Virus record (IMG/VR): IMGVR_UViG_3300011423_000006
Coordinates: 32,001-96,000 of that record
Length of the DNA stretch: 64,000 nucleotides
Reading direction: 5' to 3' (one strand)
Origin: a virus
Lineage: Duplodnaviria; Caudoviricetes
Below, piece by piece: positions 27,815 through 38,172 of the stretch. The notes under the pieces are model-generated. The model had not been told where the DNA came from and did not search any database. It saw only the letters and a program-made list of their open reading frames with translations. Each line of letters opens with the position of its first letter. The stretch's first letter is position 1. The translations under genes were made by a program, and so were the position numbers.

Positions 27815-28552
27815 ATGGAAATCATTATACCAATGGCGGGGCAGGGCAAACGGTTTACTGAAAAATACGGTAATGTTTTTAAGCCGCTGATTAAAGTGCG
27901 AGGGCGCACCATTATAGAACACACTCTATCCTCTTTGAATGAAGAAGACTTATCTAAACATAATATTCATTTTGTGATTTTAGAAAAGCACGAAACAGAT
28001 TTTAAAGTAACCAGTCAGTTAGAATCTATTTTCAATTTTACATTTACGATGCATTATTTAGAATATGCTACTCGGGGTAATTTGGAGACAGCTTATCTAG
28101 TCAATAAAAAAATTAAACCGGCAAAAGATGTTTTGTTTTTAGACTCGGATAATTATTATGAGGGGGCGGGGTTGTTTAATTTAATTTCTTCCAAGCAAGA
28201 ACTTGAATTTGCGGTAACGTGTTGTTTTGAGCCTTTAGATGATAGCTGCAAATGGTGTTTCACTACATTAAACGGCGACCGAGTAACCGGAATTTACGAA
28301 AAAGATAAAAAAGCCTTAGAGTTGGGCGGGAAACCAATGATGGGCGTTTTCTACTTTTCGCAAGCAGAAATGTTTAATGAGTTAGCTGATAAAGTATTCG
28401 AACGACAAATAACAACAAACAATGAATATTATCTATCTAGCGCCCTATCTCAAATGTTAATCGAAAACAAGCCGGTTTTTGCATTTAAAGCTAATAAAAT
28501 TATTCCTTTGGGGACTCCCGAGGATATAATAAAGTATGCGGGTTTGTCTTGA
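27815..28552 (+). CDS. sugar-phosphate nucleotidyltransferase
   Basis: IIPMAGQGKRF, KPLI, LDSD, EK, E.Y and LGTPED motifs. Confidence 0.88.
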   Translation: MEIIIPMAGQGKRFTEKYGNVFKPLIKVRGRTIIEHTLSSLNEEDLSKHNIHFVILEKHETDFKVTSQLESIFNFTFTMHYLEYATRGNLETAYLVNKKIKPAKDVLFLDSDNYYEGAGLFNLISSKQELEFAVTCCFEPLDDSCKWCFTTLNGDRVTGIYEKDKKALELGGKPMMGVFYFSQAEMFNELADKVFERQITTNNEYYLSSALSQMLIENKPVFAFKANKIIPLGTPEDIIKYAGLS

Positions 28553-28865
28553 TTTAGATGGAACAATTTGTTATAATAAACAAATAAATCAAAAATATGA
28601 AGATGTTTTGCCCATTGAAGGCGCGGTAGAGAAAATTAGACAATGGAAAAAGGACGGGCATGAGATAATTATTTATACGGCTCGTAACATGGCGACATGT
28701 AATAATAGTTTAGGCAAAATTATTAAGAATCAATCTTCGATAATTACCGATTGGTTGAATTATTACGGGATTCCATTTGATGAGTTATGGTTCGGGAAGC
28801 CGTTAGCAGATATTTATATTGACGATAAAGCTTTAAAATTTGAAAATTGGAATATTAATTTATGA
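28536..28865 (+). CDS. HAD phosphatase (capsule biosynthesis EcbF/BcbF type)
   Basis: DLDGT, TAR and GKP.AD.YIDDK motifs. Confidence 0.9.
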   Translation: MRVCLDLDGTICYNKQINQKYEDVLPIEGAVEKIRQWKKDGHEIIIYTARNMATCNNSLGKIIKNQSSIITDWLNYYGIPFDELWFGKPLADIYIDDKALKFENWNINL

Positions 28866-29626
28866 ATACGTTTTTTATTGATTCAGCAAATGTTAATTTT
28901 ATTAATCGAATTTGTGATAATGTTAAAACCCACCTTCCTTTAAACAAGGTTTTGGCTGGATTTACCACTAATCCTAAAATTTTGGATCGAGAGGGTGTGA
29001 CGGGTATATTTTTAAAAGACAAAATACGTGAGCTTTTAGATTTGTTAGAAAGCTTGCGCGGCGACAAAGAAGGCAAGGTTTATGTCCAAATTCCTTATAG
29101 TTATATGCCTTTAGATGAAATGACAAATTGGATATTAGATTTATTCGGGTCTATGGGAGCTAATCCCCAACTAGGAATTAAATTGCCGCCAGATACAGAT
29201 ATTATTAATGCGGCAGGGTCATTACACGGTAAAATATCTTTGAACATTACTGGAGTTACTTCTTGGGAACAAGTTGAATTAGTAGAAAACAATTATATTT
29301 TAGTTGATTATATTAGTTTTCTTTTCGGTCGAATGGAAGCTTTGGGAATTAACGCGGAAAAACAAATTTTAAAAAGTCAAAAATATCTTGCTGCGGCTAA
29401 ATTATTAGCAGGAAGTTTGCGTGATTTAAATGGGCTGGAACGTTCTTTTGATTTAAATATGGTTCCGACAATAGGAACAACAGCTTGGGATTCGGTAGAA
29501 AAAGAGGGATTAGATAAATTTATTAGTTTGTTAGACGATGTACCACAAATTGCCAAGGATTTGTCAAATTCGTTTTTCGAAGAAATGGATGGGCTTGCTG
29601 GAAAAAACGGGTTAGCGAAAATATGA
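28862..29626 (+). CDS. transaldolase / fructose-6-phosphate aldolase family protein
   Basis: FIDSA, GFTTNP, Schiff-base Lys in GIKLP, NIT, YIS..FGR and LAGSLR motifs. Confidence 0.8.
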   Translation: MNTFFIDSANVNFINRICDNVKTHLPLNKVLAGFTTNPKILDREGVTGIFLKDKIRELLDLLESLRGDKEGKVYVQIPYSYMPLDEMTNWILDLFGSMGANPQLGIKLPPDTDIINAAGSLHGKISLNITGVTSWEQVELVENNYILVDYISFLFGRMEALGINAEKQILKSQKYLAAAKLLAGSLRDLNGLERSFDLNMVPTIGTTAWDSVEKEGLDKFISLLDDVPQIAKDLSNSFFEEMDGLAGKNGLAKI

Positions 29627-30480
29627 AATTTAAGATAATTGGTAGCCATGATCATGCTATGTCCGGGGTGCCTCAAATCATTGAGGCCCTAAAAAAATTA
29701 GGGCATGAAATTGTGGATTCGGACGCTGACGTTCTTTATCATCCTACAGGATTTTTCGAGGATTTGTTTGAAGCAGTCCCGGCAAATCCCAGAGCTTTAA
29801 AAGTTGGATGTTTATTAGATGCCAATCCTCTGAACCCCGATTGGCCCGAAGAAAAAGTTGCATTACAATTATCAAACTTGGATATAGCTTTAACTATTTC
29901 GGAAACGGCTCGTCAACAAATTTTAAAAAGAACGGGACAAGATACTAAAGTTGTTTATTATCCTATTAAACCGATTGTTTCAAAAAATTATATGCGCGGG
30001 GTAGATTTTCTAACAGTAGGTAGAATTTATTCTGAAAACAAGAGATTTAATTTAGTCGATGCATTTTTAAAAGCAGTTTCCTTTAATAGAGATTTACTTA
30101 TTGTGGCTGGCCCAGAAAAACCTCCTTTTGGGTATTATACAGGATTATTACCAACTGAAACTTTAAATGAACTATATAATAGCGCAAAATATTTGTTATT
30201 TTTTAGTTCCCATGAGGGGTTAGGTTTAAGCGCGATTGAAGCTATTGTTGCCGGATGTACACCAATTTTATGCTCTGATAATGAATGCGTCAAAGAATTA
30301 GGACTAGAAGATTTTTCTGCCGATCCTAATCCAATTAGTTTAGCCAGCAAATTAAAAGAAATGGAAGAAAATCGTTCTGTATTTTTAGAAAAAATAAATA
30401 TATTACGGGGGAAATTTTTAGCTCAATTTAGCGCGGAAGCTGTTGCTAAAAACATTTTAGATGCTATTTTAAATAAATGA
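29623..30480 (+). CDS. GT4 glycosyltransferase
   Basis: VGR...K; S.HEGLGL.AIEAI.AG. Confidence 0.85.
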   Translation: MKFKIIGSHDHAMSGVPQIIEALKKLGHEIVDSDADVLYHPTGFFEDLFEAVPANPRALKVGCLLDANPLNPDWPEEKVALQLSNLDIALTISETARQQILKRTGQDTKVVYYPIKPIVSKNYMRGVDFLTVGRIYSENKRFNLVDAFLKAVSFNRDLLIVAGPEKPPFGYYTGLLPTETLNELYNSAKYLLFFSSHEGLGLSAIEAIVAGCTPILCSDNECVKELGLEDFSADPNPISLASKLKEMEENRSVFLEKINILRGKFLAQFSAEAVAKNILDAILNK

Positions 30481-31433
30481 ACCATGTTGCATTAATTGGT
30501 TTCGGGTATTTTGGGCCTAATATTTTTCGAGTCTTGACTCAATTCGAAGAAATTAAAACCATTACTGTTTGCGATATATCGGCGGACAATTTAAAGAAAA
30601 TCCCCAAGGTTCATGATAATATTACATTAGTTATCACTCAAGATTATAATATTGTTCTTGGCGACTCAGAAATTAAAACTGTTTTTATTGCAACTCCGGG
30701 GAACACTCATTTTGATTTAACAAAAAAAGCTCTAGAGAAAGGAAAAAATGTTTTTGTAGAAAAGCCCATTGCTTTTACGGTAAATGAAGTAGAAGAATTG
30801 ATTCAAATAGCTGGCCAGCAGGGGTTATTATTACATGTAGATCATACTTTTGTTTATTCTTCAGAAATAAATTTTTTAAAACAATGTTTACAATTTGATG
30901 TATTGGGCGAACCGATATCATATCGTTCGATAAGGGCGAATTTAGGGCCTTTTTTAAATAATATTGATGTTATTTATGATTTAGCGGTTCATGATTTAGC
31001 GGTAATTCGATACTTATTTCCCACTAAAACTATCCAAAAAGTATCAGCGGTCGCCCATCGTAATATATGTTCTAAATATGATGACGCGGATATTAATTTG
31101 TTTGGGGTAAATTTTAGTGCCCATATCCATGTTAGCTGGTTTTACCCCAAAAAAGTCCGTGAAATTATAACGGGAGGAACAAAGGCGATGTTTCATCATG
31201 ATAGTGCGACAGTTTTACCGCCGCGCATTGTGGATTTAAAAGGCAAAATTTTAACTTACGAACATATAACAAATTTAGGCGAACCTTTGTATGTAGAGAT
31301 TAATCATTTTTTTGAATGTCTAAAAAACGATAAAAAAACTTTATCTACGGGCACAGATGCTTCTTATGTTGTAGAAATTTTAGAAGCTATACATAAAAGT
31401 ATTGAAAAATCAGGAGAAACCGTTTATATTTAA
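30477..31433 (+). CDS. Gfo/Idh/MocA oxidoreductase (NDP-sugar dehydrogenase-like)
   Basis: IGFGYFG, IATP..H, VEKP and DLAVHD motifs. Confidence 0.9.
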   Translation: MNHVALIGFGYFGPNIFRVLTQFEEIKTITVCDISADNLKKIPKVHDNITLVITQDYNIVLGDSEIKTVFIATPGNTHFDLTKKALEKGKNVFVEKPIAFTVNEVEELIQIAGQQGLLLHVDHTFVYSSEINFLKQCLQFDVLGEPISYRSIRANLGPFLNNIDVIYDLAVHDLAVIRYLFPTKTIQKVSAVAHRNICSKYDDADINLFGVNFSAHIHVSWFYPKKVREIITGGTKAMFHHDSATVLPPRIVDLKGKILTYEHITNLGEPLYVEINHFFECLKNDKKTLSTGTDASYVVEILEAIHKSIEKSGETVYI

Positions 31434-31436
31434 ATT

Positions 31437-32216
31437 ATGAAAATTGGTTTAGTGCTTGCCGTTTATAACGCGATGGATTATTTGCAAGAATGTCTTGATC
31501 CTTGGATTGAATTTCCATGTGTCGAAATTGCATGTGTTCATTGTTGTTTTAAAGAAAATCATGAAAACCAAGAACCGATTGAGTCTGCGGATAAAACTCA
31601 CGAATTTCTTCAAATTTACCAAAAGAAAAATTTTATTCAATATTTTGAATTTTTAGAAAAATCGGCTTTTGAACACGAAGCTCGTAATTATGCCGTTAAA
31701 CATCTTTTAGAACAAAGCGTGGATTTTATTTGGACTATTGGAGCAGATGAAATTTATACTATCGAGCAAATTCATTCTATTATAAAATATCTTGAAAAAG
31801 ATGAATTTACTTCTTGGTTTTCAATTTATCATAAAAATTTTACTTTCGATAATAAAATATGGATAGATGGATTTTGCCCTCCCAGAATTTTTCGAGTAAA
31901 TACCCCTAGTTTTAAATTAAAAGAGTTTTTTTGGGACGATGATATTCATTATACATGTAAAACTACTAATGCTTTATCTAGTTACCGGCATTTCCCGACA
32001 AAAAACATTCCTAAAAATATTGCATTAATTAATCATTATACTTGGCTTTCTAATGAAAGAAGCCGTAAAAAAGTAGAATATCAGGCAAAACATTTTGCCC
32101 CGCCCCGAGGGGCAGGTTGTTCATTTCGATGGAATTATGAACAAAATAAGTTAGAATTTAATTTAGATTATTATAATAAAGTAGGGCAAAGTTTGCCAGA
32201 ACTAAACTATGAATAA
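31437..32216 (+). CDS. GT2-like glycosyltransferase
   Basis: AVYN, E..ARN and GADEIY motifs. Confidence 0.75.
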   Translation: MKIGLVLAVYNAMDYLQECLDPWIEFPCVEIACVHCCFKENHENQEPIESADKTHEFLQIYQKKNFIQYFEFLEKSAFEHEARNYAVKHLLEQSVDFIWTIGADEIYTIEQIHSIIKYLEKDEFTSWFSIYHKNFTFDNKIWIDGFCPPRIFRVNTPSFKLKEFFWDDDIHYTCKTTNALSSYRHFPTKNIPKNIALINHYTWLSNERSRKKVEYQAKHFAPPRGAGCSFRWNYEQNKLEFNLDYYNKVGQSLPELNYE

Positions 32217-33216
32217 GAAAAAAGTTTTGATTACAGGAATCGCGGGGATGATAGGGGCTAATTTTGCCATTTATCTAATTAAAAAAGGATATGAAGTTAT
32301 TGGCATAGATGATTTATCGGGCGGATATCAAGAAAATATTCCATTTGGAGTTAAACAGTTTTATCGAGCAAATTGTAGTGATTCTATTATTTACAATATC
32401 ATTTCAACTCATCGTCCTGATTATGTTTATCATTTTGCCGCTTATGCCGCTGAAGGATTAAGCCCTTATATTCGCAAATATAATTATGAAAATAACGTTG
32501 TGGCATCTGCTAATGTTATTAGCGCGTGTATCGAAAACGATGTTAAGAAAATTATTTTTACAAGTTCGATGGCTGTATATGGTCATACAGAGCCTCCTTT
32601 TAAGGAAATAGACCCTCCAAATCCAGCCGATCCTTATGGAATTGCTAAATACACGATTGAATTGGATTTAGCGTTAGCCAAGGAGCAATTTGGGCTTGAT
32701 TATTCTATTGTGCGACCCCACAATGTTATTGGAATTTATCAGAACATTTGGGATAGATATCGAAATGTTATTGGAATTTGGATTCGTCAGATTTTGAATA
32801 ATGAGCCTCTTACAATTTATGGAGATGGGACACAGACACGAGCTTTTTCTGACGTAGATTATATTATGTCGCCCTTGGAAAAATTAATGGCTTCCACTTC
32901 TGAAATTAATAATCATCATGTTTTCAATATTGGGGCTGATTTTGAATGCGAGATAAATTACGCCGCAACAACTTTATTAAAAATAGCCGAACAAAATGGT
33001 TATACTGGAAGTATTAAACATTTGGAAGCGAGAAATGAAGTAAAACATGCGTTTTGCGACCATAGTTTAGCAAAAGATATATTAGGATTCGAAGATAAAA
33101 CTCAACTAGATTTATTAATTCAAAAAATGTTTATTTGGGCTAAAGACCAGCCAAATCGTGAAATTAAAAAAATGAATTATGAAATTACGAAGAACATGTA
33201 TTCGTTTTGGAGATAA
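32209..33216 (+). CDS. NAD-dependent sugar epimerase/dehydratase
   Basis: ITGIAGMIG, TSS.AVYG, YGIAK and GDG.QTRAF motifs. Confidence 0.92.
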   Translation: MNKKKVLITGIAGMIGANFAIYLIKKGYEVIGIDDLSGGYQENIPFGVKQFYRANCSDSIIYNIISTHRPDYVYHFAAYAAEGLSPYIRKYNYENNVVASANVISACIENDVKKIIFTSSMAVYGHTEPPFKEIDPPNPADPYGIAKYTIELDLALAKEQFGLDYSIVRPHNVIGIYQNIWDRYRNVIGIWIRQILNNEPLTIYGDGTQTRAFSDVDYIMSPLEKLMASTSEINNHHVFNIGADFECEINYAATTLLKIAEQNGYTGSIKHLEARNEVKHAFCDHSLAKDILGFEDKTQLDLLIQKMFIWAKDQPNREIKKMNYEITKNMYSFWR

Positions 33217-33998
33217 TGAACTTAGAATTATTAGCTAAAATTAAGCAAGACGTATTAAGCATTCCCTACGAGAAAAAACTTTTCTCTGAGGAATACGCCG
33301 GGGTCTATCTTCATTCTAATAGTCCTTTTAAACTAGAAGATCATGAGGCGTCTTTTCATTCTTTCCGGGTGTTTAGTCATTATGATTATCCAATTTATTT
33401 ATTTATTGATTCGGAGTCTTATACTTTGGATGTAGTTAAATTAAAGGAAAAATATGATCATATTCACGTTCTGTTTATTAATAAGCTTAATAGCGTTGTG
33501 GAATTTAATTATTTCAGTATATATAATTTGCCGCATCTTATTCCTGCGGAACAACTCATCTACTTCCAATATGATGGATTTCTTATCAAAGGAGGATGGG
33601 AAGAACGAACCATAGGGCTTGATTGGTTGGGGGCCAAATGGAAGTCTCCGGTCAAAGTAATAGAAAATACTTTAAATTATTCCGCCATCCGAATAGGTAA
33701 TGGGGGCTGCAATTTTAGACGCAAATCTAAAATGCTAGAAGTTCTAAAATTTGTCGATAAACATGGGGGACAAGGCAATATTGTAAAAGGAATAGAGATT
33801 GATGGGCGAGTAGCTAATCAAGGGTCTTTTTTAGCAGAGGATTTGTTTTTTTGTTATTTTGGTTTTGGTTCAAAAATATTTAATACCGTCCCCGAATATG
33901 AAAAATATGTTGATCATTTTGCGCTTGAACCGATTACTTGGGAACAATATAATTTAAATCCTAAGCCCTGCCATTTATTTCATAGAATAGATGAATAA
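33216..33998 (+). CDS. DUF5672-like glycosyltransferase
   Basis: FQYDG, GA.W, GNGG...R and EDLFF motifs. Confidence 0.75.
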   Translation: MNLELLAKIKQDVLSIPYEKKLFSEEYAGVYLHSNSPFKLEDHEASFHSFRVFSHYDYPIYLFIDSESYTLDVVKLKEKYDHIHVLFINKLNSVVEFNYFSIYNLPHLIPAEQLIYFQYDGFLIKGGWEERTIGLDWLGAKWKSPVKVIENTLNYSAIRIGNGGCNFRRKSKMLEVLKFVDKHGGQGNIVKGIEIDGRVANQGSFLAEDLFFCYFGFGSKIFNTVPEYEKYVDHFALEPITWEQYNLNPKPCHLFHRIDE

Positions 33999-34875
33999 TT
34001 TAAAAATAGCTAACTGCTTGCGCCCAAGTATGTTGGGAGATATTATAGGTTCATTACCGTTTTTAACTTATTTGGAAAAAATACGTCCCGGTAGTTATAA
34101 AATGGTTTATATTGATAAAAAATGCGCTCATATCGCTCCTTTTCTTTTAAATCATCCTTTAATTGATAAGATTTATATTTCCGAAGATTCCGATAAGGTG
34201 AGTGAGAAAGATGCGGAGTATTGCAAAAAATTCGATATGGTGTTTGAGCCATTCGTCTCGGTCTATTTCCAAGATTGGTTTAATACAATTCATATTACCG
34301 AATCTTTGTTTCGCTTAAACTTTTTATGTGGTTCGGGATATATTGATCCGAAAGAATGGGATAGATTAACGGAAGAAGAAAAATGTCCTAAATTATATCA
34401 GTGGTTTGAACCCATCGAATATTGGAGGAAAACTATAGCTATTTGGCCATTCTCGGGATATGCCAATTCGGACGCAAGCATTCAATTACGTTCGCCAAGT
34501 TTAGAATGGTGGGAGAAAATGGTTGAATTATTATATGAAGCTGGTTTTGATGTTAATCAATACGGTCATCCTGAAAGTCCTTTAATTGGAGACGGAAAAA
34601 CTGTAGATGATTTTCGTGATATGTCTTTATTTGACGCGATTAAAGATTCGCTCGCCTGTGATTTATCAATTACTACAGACTCGGGAAGTTCTTGGTTGCT
34701 AAATGCTTATGGGCATGAAAATATTTGTCTTTATACTAATTATAAAGAGGGACATGTTACTAACGTAGACGCTTATGTTCCAAAAAATTGGAAAAATAAC
34801 TTGATTTCTATCTACGGGAAGGATAATATTAATAATATCAAACAAGAGGAAGTCTTGGAAAGTATTAAAAGATAA
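33991..34875 (+). CDS. GT9-like glycosyltransferase
   Basis: LGDII..LP, L.NHPLID and TTDSG motifs. Confidence 0.8.
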   Translation: MNNLKIANCLRPSMLGDIIGSLPFLTYLEKIRPGSYKMVYIDKKCAHIAPFLLNHPLIDKIYISEDSDKVSEKDAEYCKKFDMVFEPFVSVYFQDWFNTIHITESLFRLNFLCGSGYIDPKEWDRLTEEEKCPKLYQWFEPIEYWRKTIAIWPFSGYANSDASIQLRSPSLEWWEKMVELLYEAGFDVNQYGHPESPLIGDGKTVDDFRDMSLFDAIKDSLACDLSITTDSGSSWLLNAYGHENICLYTNYKEGHVTNVDAYVPKNWKNNLISIYGKDNINNIKQEEVLESIKR

Positions 34876-35432
34876 TGATTTATTTAAACGGTTATAAAAT
34901 TTTTAAAGAAGGAAAGGGAAATCGCGACCCCATTTTCCTAGAAGCTTTATCTTTACTGGAGGGAAAGCCAGCGAATATCCTTGAAATAGGAGCGATGCGA
35001 GATGTAAACGGACGGGCGGGCGATGGGTTTTCTACTTTCTTCTTTGCTGAATACATTAAACAATATGGGGGCCATATTACTGTTTGTGATATTTCTAAAA
35101 ATGGATTGGATAATTGTAGACAAATTTTAGGCGAGTATTTAGATAATACTCAAATTACTTATCATCTTGGCCCCGGCTTGAATCATTTAACTAATACTTC
35201 GGAAATTTATAATTTAACTTTACTTGACGGTTCTGATGATCCAAATGAAATGTTAGCAGAATACGAAGCTTGCAAGTCTCGTTTTATTCTTTGTGACGAC
35301 TTTTCAACTAAAGGATTTTTACTCAGACAAAAATATCCTGATTTTAAACTTTACAAGTGGCATCATGCGGGGCATGAATGCGCGTTATATGGAGTCCCCA
35401 AAGAAACAGTTTTTTTACCAAATTTATTATAA
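34875..35432 (+). CDS. class I SAM methyltransferase
   Basis: ILEIG, G.ST, LDG and ILCDD motifs. Confidence 0.75.
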   Translation: MIYLNGYKIFKEGKGNRDPIFLEALSLLEGKPANILEIGAMRDVNGRAGDGFSTFFFAEYIKQYGGHITVCDISKNGLDNCRQILGEYLDNTQITYHLGPGLNHLTNTSEIYNLTLLDGSDDPNEMLAEYEACKSRFILCDDFSTKGFLLRQKYPDFKLYKWHHAGHECALYGVPKETVFLPNLL

Positions 35433-35438
35433 ATAATT

Positions 35439-36065
35439 ATGTCAGCATTACGAGATATACAAACGTTACCTTGGATTCATAAACATGGAACTAAGATTTT
35501 CTTTGAAACCGGGACTGGATTAGGAAGCGGCTTAATGAGGATGTTACAACCCGAATATGGGTTTAACATGCTTTTGTCCGTAGAAATAGACAAGGAATTG
35601 GCCGCGCATAGCCACAAAACTTTTTCTTTTGATAATCGTATTCAAATTTTTAATACCACTGGCATTCAGGCGTTAGAACAAATTCTTCCGCAATTACCTG
35701 TGCATGTGCCTATTTTCTTTTGGATCGATAGTCATTTTTCTAATTCAGATTATAATTTGGGCGACAAACCTTTGGTGCCTCATGATACCGATGCGCCCGA
35801 AATCAGGCTTCCGGCATTCAAAGAAATGGAATTAATTAAAAACATTAGGACGAATCGCGGGGCCAAGGATTTTATTTTGTTAGATGATGCGATGTTATAC
35901 GATGAATTAGATCGATACGAAGATAGAGTAGAACGTTTGGGGCTTAATGCCGTTCCGCCCGAATATAGGAAGTTGTTGCCGAAAATTATCAATTTATTTC
36001 AAGATAGCCATAAAGCTCAAGTTATTACTATGTCTCAAGGGTTTTTAGCTTTACATCCAAAATGA
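35439..36065 (+). CDS. class I SAM methyltransferase-like protein
   Basis: FFETGT..G, SVEID, FWIDSH and ILLDD motifs. Confidence 0.75.
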   Translation: MSALRDIQTLPWIHKHGTKIFFETGTGLGSGLMRMLQPEYGFNMLLSVEIDKELAAHSHKTFSFDNRIQIFNTTGIQALEQILPQLPVHVPIFFWIDSHFSNSDYNLGDKPLVPHDTDAPEIRLPAFKEMELIKNIRTNRGAKDFILLDDAMLYDELDRYEDRVERLGLNAVPPEYRKLLPKIINLFQDSHKAQVITMSQGFLALHPK

Positions 36066-36673
36066 ATTCAAAGTTTAAATTAGGAAGTATTGAACTTCCG
36101 TATTGTTACCACGAACATAATTCAAGTTTTCGAAACGAAAGGAAAGTTGAAGTTCCTTTAGGGGCGTATTTTCTTGATAAATTTAATAATGATGTTTTCG
36201 AAGTGGGTTGCGTTATGCCTCATTACGGGCGCGGCGAACATACAATTATTGATTTAACTGATAATCATCCTAGAAATATTAAAGCTAACGCTCTCCATTG
36301 GGATTATACCGGGAAAAATGTTTTGTCTATTTCAACAATAGAACATTTCATGACGCGGGAATATGGCAATGGTTCAAACGAAGATAGTATTACTTGTTTA
36401 AGTAAAATTGTTACAGAAGCGAAAAATTATTTAATTACTTTTCCCACTTGTTATAATGAGTTTTTGCATCAACATATGAAAAGCAATGCCTTTATTCCAA
36501 GGGTTATGCTAAAACGTATTAATCAAAACGAAAATGAATGGGAACAGTATTTTGATTTTGATAATGTAGATATTGAATTCGGACATTGGGACGGGAGAAA
36601 CCCCGATGGAAAGTTTAATAATGCAAACGCGGAATTTATCGTGACAAATTTACCGGAGTTGTTGATAAGGTAA
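36062..36673 (+). CDS. methyltransferase-like protein
   Basis: NER.VE.P, EVG and SISTIEH motifs. Confidence 0.65.
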   Translation: MNSKFKLGSIELPYCYHEHNSSFRNERKVEVPLGAYFLDKFNNDVFEVGCVMPHYGRGEHTIIDLTDNHPRNIKANALHWDYTGKNVLSISTIEHFMTREYGNGSNEDSITCLSKIVTEAKNYLITFPTCYNEFLHQHMKSNAFIPRVMLKRINQNENEWEQYFDFDNVDIEFGHWDGRNPDGKFNNANAEFIVTNLPELLIR

Positions 36674-36682
36674 AGGATTTTA

Positions 36683-37642
36683 ATGAATAAACTGTGGCTA
36701 ACTTTAATTACACAAAATCGAGAACAAGACATTGATGAATTAACGAAAGAAACTTTTGATTTTTTTGATGGGATTGTAGGAGTTGTGAATCAGCCTTCCG
36801 ATGATAAAACATACGATATTCTTAATGAACGGAAAAAGGCGGGGCAAATTATTAAACGCCCCTTTGTTAAGCATCACGGATTTTTAATGAACGAGTTTCT
36901 TTTCTCGGGTGTGATTAAAAATTTAGATTGGTTTTTAATATTAGACAGTTCTGATCGTATTAATTTAGGTTGGTTAAAAGATTTAAGGCGTAGTATTAAT
37001 TATTATGAACAAAATAATATAGGAGCGGTTTTTTTAGATAGAGTATATTTAGCTCGTTATATTGATTCAATGGAGTTTCATGGTGGTGTTCATTGGGGTT
37101 TAAGTCCATTCTTGGGCCAAGTTATAAATTTTTCCGCACAACCCGGTTACAATAAAGAAAACTATATTATTAATACAAGAGGAAAAGATAAGGATAGTAT
37201 TGAGCGTTCTGGAATTCGTCATCCAATTAAATACTATTTAGAATATGGGGCGAATAGCCATACTCAACTTTTATACCAACAATTTGGTAATGATGTTTGG
37301 CAAAAACATGAAAATTCACGAATGCAATTTCGGATTTATTGCGAGAGCGTGTTAGGATTTGAATGTACGGTAAATAATTTAATTGATTATATCAAAACTG
37401 GAATTTTAAACAAAACCCTTCCAAATGAAGTCACTGAATTTATTGAAACAGAAGTATCGATGCAGGATTTAGTAAGATATTATATATTAAAACATAATTT
37501 TTTAGGAGAAATAGCAGTTAATCGTTTTAATTGGTCTTTTAAGAAATTTTATTATCAAGGGGCCGAACATCAAAATAAAAATGATGGGTTTGTTGGATTA
37601 TTTAATCAATATAGACTTGCTCAAGGAAAGGAAATGGAATGA
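36683..37642 (+). CDS. GT2-like protein
   Basis: S.D.T, W..ILDSSDR and F.GGVH motifs. Confidence 0.6.
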   Translation: MNKLWLTLITQNREQDIDELTKETFDFFDGIVGVVNQPSDDKTYDILNERKKAGQIIKRPFVKHHGFLMNEFLFSGVIKNLDWFLILDSSDRINLGWLKDLRRSINYYEQNNIGAVFLDRVYLARYIDSMEFHGGVHWGLSPFLGQVINFSAQPGYNKENYIINTRGKDKDSIERSGIRHPIKYYLEYGANSHTQLLYQQFGNDVWQKHENSRMQFRIYCESVLGFECTVNNLIDYIKTGILNKTLPNEVTEFIETEVSMQDLVRYYILKHNFLGEIAVNRFNWSFKKFYYQGAEHQNKNDGFVGLFNQYRLAQGKEME

Positions 37643-38172
37643 ACGGACATAAAATACGAAGCGAAGGATATTATGCTTTTGAATTTGGAAAAAGTTTTGC
37701 CGAGGCGAATCCTTATAAAACAGTAGAAATGAGGGGCGATGCAAATGTTTTATCTTTACAAGTAGAGGCGATTCAATTTTTTAATGGATGGGAATCTAGA
37801 CGAAAAGAAGTTTCGGGGCTCAGTGGATATTCTTTGTTTTTAGATGATTTTCGATTTCCAGATTGGGTTAGTTGGGTGCCGTTGGATTTAGAACAAAATT
37901 GGGTAATTGCGACTCATTTTTACGAGTTTATTGAAATCATTGTAAAATGTGGATTGCCTAGATTAATTAGTTTTGATTACGATTTAGATCGTCATAATTT
38001 ACCGGTGACTCATTTACCTTATGGTAATGGATTAGATTGCGCGAAATGGTTGATTGATTATTGTGAAAGAAACGAGAAAAAATTTCCTGATTATGTCATT
38101 CATTCTTCTAATCCAGAAGGAAAAAAGGCAATTCAAGAATTAATTTGGAATTTTAAAAATAAACAACAATGA
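37639..38172 (+). CDS. cyclic-phosphate-processing receiver domain protein with an RMF-like N-terminus
   Basis: LFLDD.R, ISFDYDL, G.DCAKWL and HSSNP.G motifs; N-terminal GY.A...G.....NPY...GW. Confidence 0.8.
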   Translation: MNGHKIRSEGYYAFEFGKSFAEANPYKTVEMRGDANVLSLQVEAIQFFNGWESRRKEVSGLSGYSLFLDDFRFPDWVSWVPLDLEQNWVIATHFYEFIEIIVKCGLPRLISFDYDLDRHNLPVTHLPYGNGLDCAKWLIDYCERNEKKFPDYVIHSSNPEGKKAIQELIWNFKNKQQ

